A stretch of 63,905 bases of DNA, the filler included, from Reticulomyxa filosa (taxonomy: Eukaryota > Protista > Foraminifera): assembly GCA_000512085.1 (NCBI GenBank). It is 17 parts of 17 records of this genome, joined end to end, with 100 filler letters (N's around TTAATTAATTAA, not from the genome) between each part and the next. Parts side by side here need not be neighbours in the genome. Positions count along the whole stretch, not along the records: positions 51,924 to 58,688 come from ASPP01012963.1; positions 58,789 to 60,343 come from ASPP01001731.1; positions 60,444 to 62,745 come from ASPP01011467.1; 14 more parts are not named here. The stretch is one strand, 5' to 3'. The notes under the pieces were generated by a model, which did no database searches, was not told the origin of the DNA, and saw nothing but the letters and a program-made list of their open reading frames with translations. The translations under genes were made by a program, and so were the position numbers. Shown in pieces: positions 52,131 to 62,745 of this stretch. Position 1 is the first letter of the stretch; each line of letters begins with the position of its first letter.

Positions 52131-52323
52131 AATCTCTCTCTATCTTTTTTAAGCCCCCTTAATCATTGAACTTTCGGCTAAAACTTCAAGCAAACGGTAA
52201 CTCTTTTGATACTAAAGTAGCGGTTATAGAATCTAATAACTAAAGGAATTGTATTGAAGTGAATTTTGAACAATCGGTAAACAAAAGGAAAGTAAAACTA
52301 AAGTCAACTAGTAAGACTGAAAA

Positions 52324-54394
52324 ATGACAGAAAAGCTTAATAAAAAAGAGAACACATCGAAAGAAATGAAAAAAAGTATTGAACCAAAAGACCTAAAGCA
52401 GTGGTTTGACACGTACCTGGAAAAAGAAAAGAAAAAAGAACAAAGTGGAAAAGAATCAGACCAAAGTAATGGAAATGGAGTACAGCAGATGGCAAATAAA
52501 ACAATACCAAGTGCCCCGAAACCTGAGACAAGGAAAATCAGTAAGATTGAGAATGTGGATGGAACAATGGATAAAAAAGCTGATGTGAATACTGTGAAAA
52601 ATTGCCCGAGAATGGATGCGGAAACCAACAGGAGATACCCACACCAAATATTTCAAGTGATACCGGATCAAAGCAAATTCCAGTGTATGTACTGTACATT
52701 TGTTACGCATTCGGAAAAAAATTTGGAAGGGCATATGTGGAATTTTCAGAAAGAATCACAAGGATTAAGAAACTGTAAAGGGTGATGCAACGTTGGTACA
52801 ATTGCAGCCGAAATTAATCATGAGATCAACAATTGTGGCAAACCTGACGAGAGATTTTTCCCAATATGATTGGAAAAAGATTGTAGAACAGTGCGGTAAA
52901 AATGAATGGGAATACGCAATATCGCAAGGGTTTATAATTAACAAACAAGTAGTAAAAACGTATACCGAAGATAGTGATGAGGAAAAGTGGATCAATGAAA
53001 AAAAAAAAGACCAGACACCAGAAAGAAGCCAAAATAATGTAATGGTGGGTGATTTAGAGAAATTAAAAGCGAATGATCCTGGTTTTACGTTCAGGAAACA
53101 AGAAAGAGACATGGAATTGCAGATGGTAAATCAAATGCAAACAGGAACGCAAGAAGCAGTAAGAGAATGGGAAGAGTGTCCAGACATGGCAAGTAAATCT
53201 CAAGAAATGAGTAACAAGAGGATACCTGAAATGCAAAGACAATATGAAAAGAAACATGGTGAAGAAAACCTGAAAGAGGCAAGTGACTTAATGATAGAAA
53301 TGAAATTATATAAAGCTGAGATGCTAGCGGCTCAGAACTTGCTAATGGAACTGGTACAAACAATGCAACAGCAAATACAAGATACGTGTGCTGCAGTGTA
53401 TAGGGTACATAACCAAATAGAAGATATAAAGAAACAGGCAATTGCGGACAAGGGATGCCTGGAAGAGATAACAACAAGACAGTATGAACTACAAGAAAAG
53501 TGTCCAAACGATAGGAGAACAAAACGAAATGGTAAATAAACAAGATGAAGAGAATACAGGAAAATGTGGAAGAAACAAGGAATAAAGTGCATGGTGTAAT
53601 GAGTGAAACAGAGAAGGTAAAAGAACAAATAGCTGGAATAAAAGAGCATATAACAGAAAGCATGTCAAGTGGAGGTATTACTAGCAGAAGGGGATTATCA
53701 GATAGTGATAGTAGAAGATCGCGAGCATCGGCAATAAGTGTACCGACAATACCAGAGAGCTCAGTGGAGTATCAAAGTCAGACAAGGAGCACGAGCAGAA
53801 CACTACAAACAACAAGTGAACAGTGGAAAAGTAGGATGGACACGAAGTGGGAAAATAACTGGAAAAAACAAGGGTTATGAGGAAATGAAAAGTGAAAGGG
53901 AAAGATATAAAAAGGATAGTAATGATAAAGAACGAACGAATAAGCTGATTTTGTTTGGACAAGAACTAAATAGGATGGTGAATATTGGGAGCATCACATC
54001 AAAGCTGAGGGAAATAATAAGCTTTCCATTGTTTTTCCCAAAGGTTAGTTTACACATGAACAGAAGAGGTGATAGGAAATATGTGGTAATTGAGGCGAAA
54101 AGCACAATGGATGCGACAAAGATGTGGAGGCAACTGGTACAAGCAAAGAAGGAAGGTAGATTGAAGGAAATAACCCAGGTGGAGTTCAAAAAAGAAGACT
54201 ATGAAAGATGGAGGATAAATGCACAGAATGCACTACAAATGAGAGGTAAACGAATATATGAGAATTTAAATGAAGGCGATAGAAGGAAGAACATTGGTCG
54301 ATATATACGAAAAGAACAAGAGCAACAAAACCTGAAAAGAGAAAGTCCAAGAATGAAAGAAAGAGAAAGAAGTAAAAGTAAGTCACAAAATTGA
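52324..54394 (+). CDS. LINE ORF1-like region: zinc fingers, coiled coil, RRM-like domain, RS linker; broken by four +1 shifts and an internal TGA
   Basis: CMYC-x12-H finger, CKG*C-x10-H-x4-C finger, heptad region MELVQTMQQQIQ...VKEQIAGIKEHI, RRM-like NKLILFGQ...YVVIEAKSTMDATKMW. Confidence 0.7.
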
Positions 54395-54400
54395 AGCCGA

Positions 54401-57400
54401 GTGCGAAGTAGGTCAAAGGAAAGAACGGAAAAGGGTACAGACTATATAACAGGACTATGTATGGCAGATACGGAAGGGGAATTGTGTTTCCTGCAACCTT
54501 CAGCAAAAATAATTGAAGTGAACAGGTCGCAAGAAAAGGACACGAAGAAATTTTGTATAATATTCTTGAACATGCATGGGGATTACAGAAATAAGATGAG
54601 GAAACTATCACCATTCAAAATCTTCATGAATAACCAGAAAGCAGATATCATTGGCTGTTGTGAGACAAAAGTGGTGGAAAAAATAAAGGACCAGAAGATA
54701 GATGGCATAAAAATAATACACCAACCATCATACTATCGTGCAGCAACAAGTGAAATGAAACCGAGTAATGGGATGTGTATGATGATTAGTGAGGCAGATA
54801 ATCAAGAGATCCAAATAAATAAATATGCATCAAATTATATAAGTACAGCAATCTTTGAAAGGATACCAATGGTGGTGATTTTCGTGTATATATCACCGAT
54901 GGACAGAATCAATGCGATACATATAGATAAAGCGTGGAACGATGTACAAGGTGTGGTTGAAATATTTCAAAAATTGCAATATGCAATAATAATAATGGGA
55001 GATTTTAATGCAAGAGTAAAGCAGACAGGAGATGCGATAAATAATCAAAGTGGAAGTCGGCTAATAGAATGGTGTGAAAGAGGAAACCTCAAGATACTGA
55101 ACATAGAACAGTGCAGAGGTCAAAGGACATTCCATGCAAACAAATCAGAAGTAAAGATTTTCTCGATAGTTGACTATGCAATAGTGAATCGGCATGAATT
55201 CTGGACAAGATCAGGGATTAAAATGGAGGTATTAAAACAATATGTGGCATCAGACCATTATCCTATAAGATGTACGTTCCAACAAGACCGAGTCGACCAG
55301 AACAAAAAGATGGTAAAGTTACATGTACCATACTACTGTAGGGTAAGCAGTGAAAGAGAACAAATGCAGGAAGCGGTAAGAGAATTTGTGAAAGAAATGG
55401 AAATAAGAGAAAAAGAAAACAGCAAGGGCAGTACAGTAAAGGAAAGATACAATACGATAATGATGGCACTCTACAAAGCATTGATTGGAAAAAGTGTGAT
55501 TACACTAAAAAAGAATCCAATAGAAGAACGTAAAAATGGTAGAACAGGAGAAGAGGGATTGTGTGAAATACTTGAGGAGATCAATGAAGAGATAAGAACA
55601 TCTGAACATGGAACAGAAAAGGTGAAAGAGTTGATAGGCAAGTATCAAACAGAGCAAGTAAAGCAGAACCAGAAGGAAATACTAAGAATGGTAGGTAGGG
55701 CCCGGGAAGCATATGAACAAAAGAACGATTTCGAAGTTTACAGAAGCTTAAGGCAAGATGGAGATGGTGAATGGTTTCCAATATATGAAAGTGAAAGAAT
55801 GATAGTACAAGATAAGGAACGGCTGGAGGTTATAACAAAATATTATGCTGAGCTATATAGTGAAGAAGTACAAGATGATTGGGAATTGCATAATGACATA
55901 AAGGTACGATACGGTGAAATAATGGACAAAGCAAGTATGGACAAAGAAGAAAAAATAGTAACAATTAGGGAAATAGTGGAAACAGCGAAACAACTGAAAT
56001 CACATAAAGCAATGTTCCTGGACTGTATACCAAATGAAGTAATAAAGATGATAGCACAAGAAAAACCGGAAATACTGCAAGAATATATAAATATGATTAT
56101 AAAGAGTCCACAGGAAATACCAAGAAAAATGTTAGCGTCGAAACTAACAATCATTCCAAAAAAGACTTGCCCAACATCACCGGAAGAGACCAGAGGAATT
56201 AGGGTAAAATCGGCAATGTTGACGTTATTAGACAAGATAATATTAAAAAAAATAAGGCCAGTAATTGAACAAGAATTGTGTAAGGAGCAAGGTGGATTCA
56301 GAAAAGAGACTGGGACAATAAACCAAATAATCATGCTCCGAATGGTACTATATCATGCAAAGCATATATCTAAGAAAAGAACATATGTCATAAACATTGA
56401 CTTCCAAAAAGCATTTGACTCAGTCTGGCACAAAGGACTGATGGTTAAACTGGAGAAGATTGGTATAAGAGGGGGACTGTTGGGAAGTATAAATAGCATA
56501 CTTAGAGATGGCAGTGTAATACCGGAAGTAGATGGATATTATGGTAAACCAATCCGGGTAAGAAGAGGAAATGGACAAGGGTACTCGACAAGTGGACCTC
56601 TGTTTAATGTATACATAAATGATTTGATAAAGGAAATAGATAAAGTATCAAGGTACCAGAACATGTATGGAGAAGAGTCACCAAAATGTTTAATGTATGC
56701 GGATGATCTGATAACGTGGGCGAACAATGATGAGGAAGCTGAAAGAATAGTAGCAACAATTGAGTCATACTGCAGAAAGTGGAAGCTTAAAACAAACATA
56801 GACAAAAGCACAGTAACGGTGATCAATGGAACAAATAAGGAAGACAATAACTGGAATAAAGATGGGATGCGAGAAGTAGTGGACTTCAAATACTTAGGGA
56901 TAATAATGGACCTGAAAAGTGGTAGTTGGAACAAACACATAGACCAAATAGTAGGTAAACTAAAGAATATTTACATAATAGCAAGCAATAGGGGGATCAT
57001 TGGTGGGCTACTGCCTGTAGAACTGCAAGTGAAGTACTACAAAACAGTGGTTAGACCAATAATTGAGTATGGAATTCAAACATTTAGGCCAACAGTAACA
57101 CAGATGAAGAAGCTTGAGGCAATTCAGCACAGATACTTGACCAAGATATCAGGAACATACATAACAACAAGATATGCAGCAATAAGAGTACTAATAGGGA
57201 TAGCACCGATAAAAGCAAGAGCAGACCTACTTCGCCTTAGAGCATGGTATGACATAATGCAGCAAAACAACATACAGAAGAAATTTGCTATACTAGAAAT
57301 GAGGTGGATTAGTGGAAATGTGGAAAGAATACAAAACCAAAGGGAAAAAAGTTATACCCTAGACGTGTACAATACCTTACAGGAATATGGACTGGAGGAT

Positions 57401-57883
57401 TACTGGAGGGATGAGATAGATATGACAAAAAAACAATGGGAAGGAACAATAAAAGAAAGAATATTAAAAAAAACACATGAAAATGATATAAATGAGATTG
57501 AAAAATCACAATCATGCATATTTCTGAGGGAACTGACTAAGAGTCAAAGTAAAGAAGGGAAATACTACACAAAGATACAAAAGATTGGAGGTAAAGAACA
57601 CACGAGATCATTTGCACCTTTTGCAAGGATAATAACAGGGAACCCAAACATGAACTGGAAACGAGTTGTTAATGGAGAAGTGGAAAGACAAACTAAAACA
57701 TGCCCGTGGTGTCTAGAACAATGGAACTGTCCAATAGGCCATGTTGTGCTAGAGTGCAAAAAGATGGAGACAATAAGAACAATGACGATAAAACAAAAGG
57801 AAAATAAGGAGGAAAATGAAATGACCTCAGAACAATTTTTCATGTTCTGTAAGAAAGCCTTTTCAAATAGTAAGTACGTGTGA
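54401..57883 (+). CDS. LINE ORF2: apurinic endonuclease, reverse transcriptase, C-terminal CCHC finger
   Basis: APE motifs IIGCCETK, YISP, IMGDFNA, IVDYAI, SDHYPI. RT motifs EQGGFR, IDFQKAFDSV, GNGQG..SGPLF, LMYADD, FKYLG. CPWC-x9-H-x4-C. No RNase H. Confidence 0.96.
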   Translation: MRSRSKERTEKGTDYITGLCMADTEGELCFLQPSAKIIEVNRSQEKDTKKFCIIFLNMHGDYRNKMRKLSPFKIFMNNQKADIIGCCETKVVEKIKDQKIDGIKIIHQPSYYRAATSEMKPSNGMCMMISEADNQEIQINKYASNYISTAIFERIPMVVIFVYISPMDRINAIHIDKAWNDVQGVVEIFQKLQYAIIIMGDFNARVKQTGDAINNQSGSRLIEWCERGNLKILNIEQCRGQRTFHANKSEVKIFSIVDYAIVNRHEFWTRSGIKMEVLKQYVASDHYPIRCTFQQDRVDQNKKMVKLHVPYYCRVSSEREQMQEAVREFVKEMEIREKENSKGSTVKERYNTIMMALYKALIGKSVITLKKNPIEERKNGRTGEEGLCEILEEINEEIRTSEHGTEKVKELIGKYQTEQVKQNQKEILRMVGRAREAYEQKNDFEVYRSLRQDGDGEWFPIYESERMIVQDKERLEVITKYYAELYSEEVQDDWELHNDIKVRYGEIMDKASMDKEEKIVTIREIVETAKQLKSHKAMFLDCIPNEVIKMIAQEKPEILQEYINMIIKSPQEIPRKMLASKLTIIPKKTCPTSPEETRGIRVKSAMLTLLDKIILKKIRPVIEQELCKEQGGFRKETGTINQIIMLRMVLYHAKHISKKRTYVINIDFQKAFDSVWHKGLMVKLEKIGIRGGLLGSINSILRDGSVIPEVDGYYGKPIRVRRGNGQGYSTSGPLFNVYINDLIKEIDKVSRYQNMYGEESPKCLMYADDLITWANNDEEAERIVATIESYCRKWKLKTNIDKSTVTVINGTNKEDNNWNKDGMREVVDFKYLGIIMDLKSGSWNKHIDQIVGKLKNIYIIASNRGIIGGLLPVELQVKYYKTVVRPIIEYGIQTFRPTVTQMKKLEAIQHRYLTKISGTYITTRYAAIRVLIGIAPIKARADLLRLRAWYDIMQQNNIQKKFAILEMRWISGNVERIQNQREKSYTLDVYNTLQEYGLEDYWRDEIDMTKKQWEGTIKERILKKTHENDINEIEKSQSCIFLRELTKSQSKEGKYYTKIQKIGGKEHTRSFAPFARIITGNPNMNWKRVVNGEVERQTKTCPWCLEQWNCPIGHVVLECKKMETIRTMTIKQKENKEENEMTSEQFFMFCKKAFSNSKYV

Positions 57884-58640
57884 CAGTGTAAAAAAGGGGT
57901 GAGTGAGGAAAATTGGAGGGTTCTAAAAGCGGTTAATTTAAAAATTTCGTTTCGGTTTACAAACTCAAAACTCTCTTTCTCTTGCTTTGCAACTTCTTCT
58001 TATTATCAATTGTTGTGATTATTGTTGCTATTCGCATTAGTTGAAGAGAGCAACGATAGCAATGATAGCAATATCAGATCAACGCCTTTCAAGCGGAAAG
58101 TGGAATTTTCGGATTTGGGATTGGTAACGCCCAACAGCAGCTGCATGCAATCAGAGCATGGCGTCGCAAACACGGAGAAAACATAGACGAACAGGTTGCA
58201 ATCGATGTTGCTCGAGCAATGTAAAATCGAAATAATGAAAACGAAATTCGTTTAACTTAGCAGAAAAAATTACGATAAATAAAATGTAAACAAACTTTAT
58301 TCGATCTTTTTAAAAAAATCAAAAATGTCATACATTCTCCTTGTACCAACTTAGGGCAACATAAATATGCTGGAAATTCAACGCAATGATGTTTATTTCC
58401 CAATTATTATGCCGCAACTCTACAAATGTACATCAATAAAGCATCTCAAAATTGTCATCAAATGTTGTCTTTTTTATCCAACAAACAATTTAGAAATGAT
58501 TTCATATTATCATATCCTAGCAACAAAGACCTTACTACAAAACTAAACATAATTTTTTCGATAAAAAATTTGATTCATATAATATGGTAATATTATGTAT
58601 GTTCATTCATATTTATCAATCAAAAAAATGTTAAACATGT

Positions 58641-58688
58641 TGTAGCAAGGCCCTATAAATATCTGAACGTTGAAGGAACCTGGGAGTC
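58641..58688. repeat. 5' end of a relative of the 4384-4586 element, at a contig end
   Basis: TGTAGCAAGGCCCTATAAATATCTGAACGTTGAAGGAACC aligns with 4384-4435. Its TGTAGCA is the reverse complement of TGCTACA at 4580-4586. Confidence 0.55.
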
Positions 58689-58788
58689 NNNNNNNNNNNN
58701 NNNNNNNNNNNNNNNNNNNNNNNNNNNNNNNNTTAATTAATTAANNNNNNNNNNNNNNNNNNNNNNNNNNNNNNNNNNNNNNNNNNNN

Positions 58789-60306
58789 ACATACTCAATT
58801 AGTTGGAAAACAATATATATATACTTTTCAAAAGATATTCAGTCGAAGGAATTGAAAGCAATTGCTGAAAATTTTAATAGATCTCACTAACAAGAAATCG
58901 AAAATAGGAAAAACTTAATTGACAAAAAAGAGATATTAATCTCCCCCAGGTGTACACTGTACAACCAAATGTACGCAATTGAAGAAAGGAAAAAAATAGA
59001 AGAATCTATCCATAATCCAGAAATAAATAGATACGTTCTTCTCAAAAACGTTGACAGAGCAGAAAAGAAGAATCAATTAAGGACAGTCTCAAACAATATG
59101 GCTATAATGTTAAAGAAATTGAAAGATTTAAACAAATGCCAATTGTCAAAATACTAATGGAAAACGCCGCAGATGTTACCAAAATACTAAAGGAAACAGA
59201 AATGTTTGTTGGATACAGACACATACAACCAGAAATATATGATAATAATAGACGACGACCAAGACGACATTCCGACAATGTAAAAAATGCTTTGGATTGA
59301 ATCACATTGAAGAAGACTGCAACAGGAAACAAGTTTGCAAATTCTGTGGAAAACAAAACCATAAATCGGAAAATTGCAGATTCAAGAAAAACAATAAAAA
59401 ATACCGATGTGTACTTTGCAAAGGAACGGATAGGATTGACTCATTAATGTGCCCAAAAACAAAGCAAGTACGTGAAAAAATAGGAATCAAATATACAAAA
59501 CAGGAACAAACAATAATCGAAAAACAACAACATAAAAATGAAAATAAGAAAAAAATGAACAATCAGGGAAAATCTTTATAAAAAATCAACTCAAAAAGAA
59601 ATCCTTTAATGCAAGAAACATCTAGACACAACAGAAAAACACAAAACAATATATCAATTCCAGCAAAATCAGCACAAAAAATAAACATAGTGCAAAAAAC
59701 AGAAGATAAAGGAAAAATCAACAAACAAAATGAAGAGATTAAAGAACTTCGCGAACAAATGCTTATTTTACAAGAAACAGTCAATAATCTGACTAAACTT
59801 GTTGAAATGCTAGTTAGTGTCAATGGAATAACAAAAACATTCACAAATAAAGAACTTAGGGAATATGCATTTTCAGAACGACACAACCCTCTAAATACAG
59901 AGCCAAATAAGTTATCACAATAATTCAGCTACAAATATCTGTATTGCCAATATTGAAGTGAGTCAGGTAGAAAGGAATACTCTGTAGAAGGGATATGAAT
60001 TCAATACAAAAAATATTTATAAGCAATCCAAACAAAATCCAAATATTGGGGTACGAATCTTGCTAGGTACAAGTGAAATGTCCAGGACAAAGCAAACCAA
60101 TAATATTTTGTAGTATATATAGAAACAACCAAAAGACAAAACGAAAACGTCAACGACTCATTCCGGTTGGACGAATTCCAAAAAGAACTTCAATTAGCAA
60201 AAACAAACATAGACAACATCATAATTGGAGGGGATTGAATGCACACCATCCGACATGGTTAGCCCAAAAAACAGACGATATTGGAGAAGTTATATTGGAA
60301 TTTATA
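58789..60306 (+). mobile_element. Decayed LINE (I/Jockey-like): gag-type ORF1 with three zinc knuckles and an APE remnant
   Basis: CKKC...NHIEEDC, CKFCGKQNHKSENC, CVLCKG...CP, then IIFCSIYR, NIIIGGD/NAHHPTW...IGEVILEFI, with stops and frameshifts. Confidence 0.8.
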
Positions 60307-60343
60307 CAGTAGGTTGCAAAGAAAACTGAACGCCTAAAACATA
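60307..60343. mobile_element. Tc1/mariner-like terminal inverted repeat inserted in the LINE remnant
   Basis: TA|CAGTAGGTTGCAAAGAAAACTGAACGCCTAAAA, identical to 9005-9037. Confidence 0.8.
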
Positions 60344-60443
60344 NNNNNNNNNNNNNNNNNNNNNNNNNNNNNNNNNNNNNNNNNNNNTTAATTAATTAAN
60401 NNNNNNNNNNNNNNNNNNNNNNNNNNNNNNNNNNNNNNNNNNN

Positions 60444-61339
60444 TGCTTGGCCCTTGGACTGTTCAAACTTGGCTGGTGCTTCCATTTGCGCGTTTTGAAG
60501 GAGTAACTGAACACGCTTGACAACGTGGCATTTGTGTTGTTAGTGCCGCCGATGGTGTACATCATGTCTTGCGCGGCGTCGTAGTACACACAGGGAGATA
60601 TCAATCGCGACGAATCCATTTGGAACAATGCCGAATATGGGTTCATCGTCTTGTCCTCCACTTTGCATGTCCCGCGCACAATGTCAAATGTCATCGCCTC
60701 ACTTTGAAACACGGACTGCGGGACCAACGCTCCCATTATTACTATCTGGTTCTTGCGCATTATCGAACACATCGAATTACAGTAAAAGCTACAATTCACG
60801 CCCGTTTTGCTTGTTGTCGCTAATATCATCAGTTTACGTATTTTATACATATATATGTAATATAAATATTTTTTATACGTATGTATATGTGTATATATAA
60901 CCAAATATGTTTCAATTTTTTTTTTTTTTTTTTTTTTGAGGACAAACCAAATTGTGTCAACCACACGCTTAAGTTGCGAGTGGTTGTGTCAAATTTTAAT
61001 ACATCTGTCGCCATTTGTGCGTTTGTGCTGTCCCCGCTGTCTGTAGGGGTAAACTGACCCCCCAGAATATATATTGTTCTGTTCACTTGTCCGAATGCCA
61101 CGTTCGCTCGAGGCTTTGGCAGACGGTCGGTGTAATTCCATTTGGAGACACCATCCTCTGTTCAAGTTCACATTGGGGTTGTTGTACTCCAGTCCCAAGC
61201 AAGGGGCTTCGAGAGCATGCAAGCTATGTCAAACAATCAAGGACAACTACTAGACACCTGGACAAGAAGAGACAACACCAAAGGCAAAATTCCAATATCC
61301 TGCAAGTATCACTATGAAAAGCAATAATGATGCGCTCAT
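60444..61339 (-). CDS. Secreted Kelch-repeat protein, 5' part
   Basis: Signal peptide MSASLLLFIVILAGYWNFAFG. Kelch motifs LPKPRANVAFGQVNRTIYILGG and MYTIGG...VFSYSFKTRKWKHQPSLNSPRA. Confidence 0.8.
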
Positions 61340-61644
61340 GGACCCATTTCCTTTACGTAGAAATTCCGCATAGAGATCCCTTTCTTTTTTGTTTCTTTGG
61401 AACTTTCCAGAGCGAAACATGTAGGGCGAAAATGCCGTAGCGTTTATCATTGGCAAATTATTTTTGAATGTTGTGCCAATTTTTTTTTCTTAAAGCCAAA
61501 GACGGCAAATTTGAGAAAACGTTCAACATTTTGGAAAAAGCAGATCGAAGAAGATGAGATTTTTTTTGTGTAACAAAATTTAAAAAAATGTTGAAGTACA
61601 ATCATTCAAACAATAAAAAAAAAAGGAAGAATCCAAGTTAGTAT

Positions 61645-62745
61645 TTAAGACAATTCTTCGATCATTGGGATAGATATTGAATCGGGTTCTTTGTGATTGT
61701 GAGTTTGCGAGACGATGTTGGTCCATCGAACCTCACGGTCGTGTATGGCGGAGGCATCTTGCTGATCGCAATCAAGTGAATGAATATGAATGACAGTATC
61801 AAGTTGTGTCTTCCATAGATCCAAGTCTTTGGGAGTGACCACATCATGACACCACACCAAAAAGAACCAAATTTTGCGTTTGACTATTTCAAACTTTCGC
61901 AAGATTCGTTTGTTGTGTGTTCTGTCTTGTTGTGACATAAACGCGCTTGTGTACACTTTTTTCTTGGCGTTTGGTTTTGTTGTTACCTGCCGCACATCCA
62001 TATGCACACTGTCATCATCATCATCATCATTAATGTTCAGGTCCATCATTTGCTTTGCCAATTCCCTCATCTGTTCGTCACTTAGTTTGTTATCACTCTT
62101 CACTCCTTGTTCTTTTTTTTTGTCCATTGAGACAAGATGCGATTTTGCAAATAGCCAAGCAGCGTATACATATGATGGAGTGCAATCAGCACGTGAGCTT
62201 TTTTGTTCAATATTTGAGCGACTTGTTTCAAGTAGAACAACACATCCTTTCGCTTCGTCAGCAAAGGTTCATTCATATATCGCGACGCAAACTTCTCCGT
62301 GATCCGATTCACGCACTCGTTCATGTCGGCATGGTACCCCGCCTGTCCCTTTGAAGGAGGCGCCAATAGTATGCTGAAATTGAACAACTCATTCCAACAC
62401 TCTTCCGGTTCTACGTTCCAGTCTCCTAATTTCCAAATATATATGTACATACATCATATGTATATAATAAAAAGCTTTTTTTTTTTTAAATGCGCTTTTG
62501 CGTGTGGGTGCGTGTACTTGCCTAAATATTTGATATAAGAATAGCAATAGGCACACAAAATGTCGACTAAGGTGAATGGCAAATAAACGGACGGTTTTGG
62601 ACACTTTAACGAAGCAAAGGTCGGGATATCAAATGAAGGATACTCTGGGCGCAACAACGACGCGGGGTTGTCATGGCGTTGTTTCGACAATTGAGACGAC
62701 AACTTGTCATCAGTTTCAACGTCTTCAATTTCACCGTCGTTATTG
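61645..62745 (-). CDS. ZNHIT2: ZNHIT2-like protein, 3' part
   Basis: PSVYLPFTLVDILCAYCYSYIKYLGDW and terminal KFEIVKRKIWFFLVW resemble the ZNHIT2 C-terminal domain. Homopolymer frameshift near 62115. The HIT finger is not in the contig. Confidence 0.65.

Larger units (their letters stand above)
52140..57975 (+). mobile_element. Non-LTR (LINE) retrotransposon, APE-RT type, apparently full length
   Basis: About 180-nt 5' leader, ORF1-like region, intact APE-RT-CCHC frame, short 3' UTR ending AAACTCAAAACTCTCT. Purine-rich coding strand, no introns. Boundaries approximate. Confidence 0.9.

Noticed and set aside
52783-54394. TGA reassignment or Euplotes-like +1 frameshifting (AAA TAA at 53534-53539)
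   Set aside because: TGA ends host genes normally (3601-3603, 19915-19917). The adjacent host exon at 51924-52130 has the same indel noise, and a +1 shift at AAA TAA soon meets another stop.
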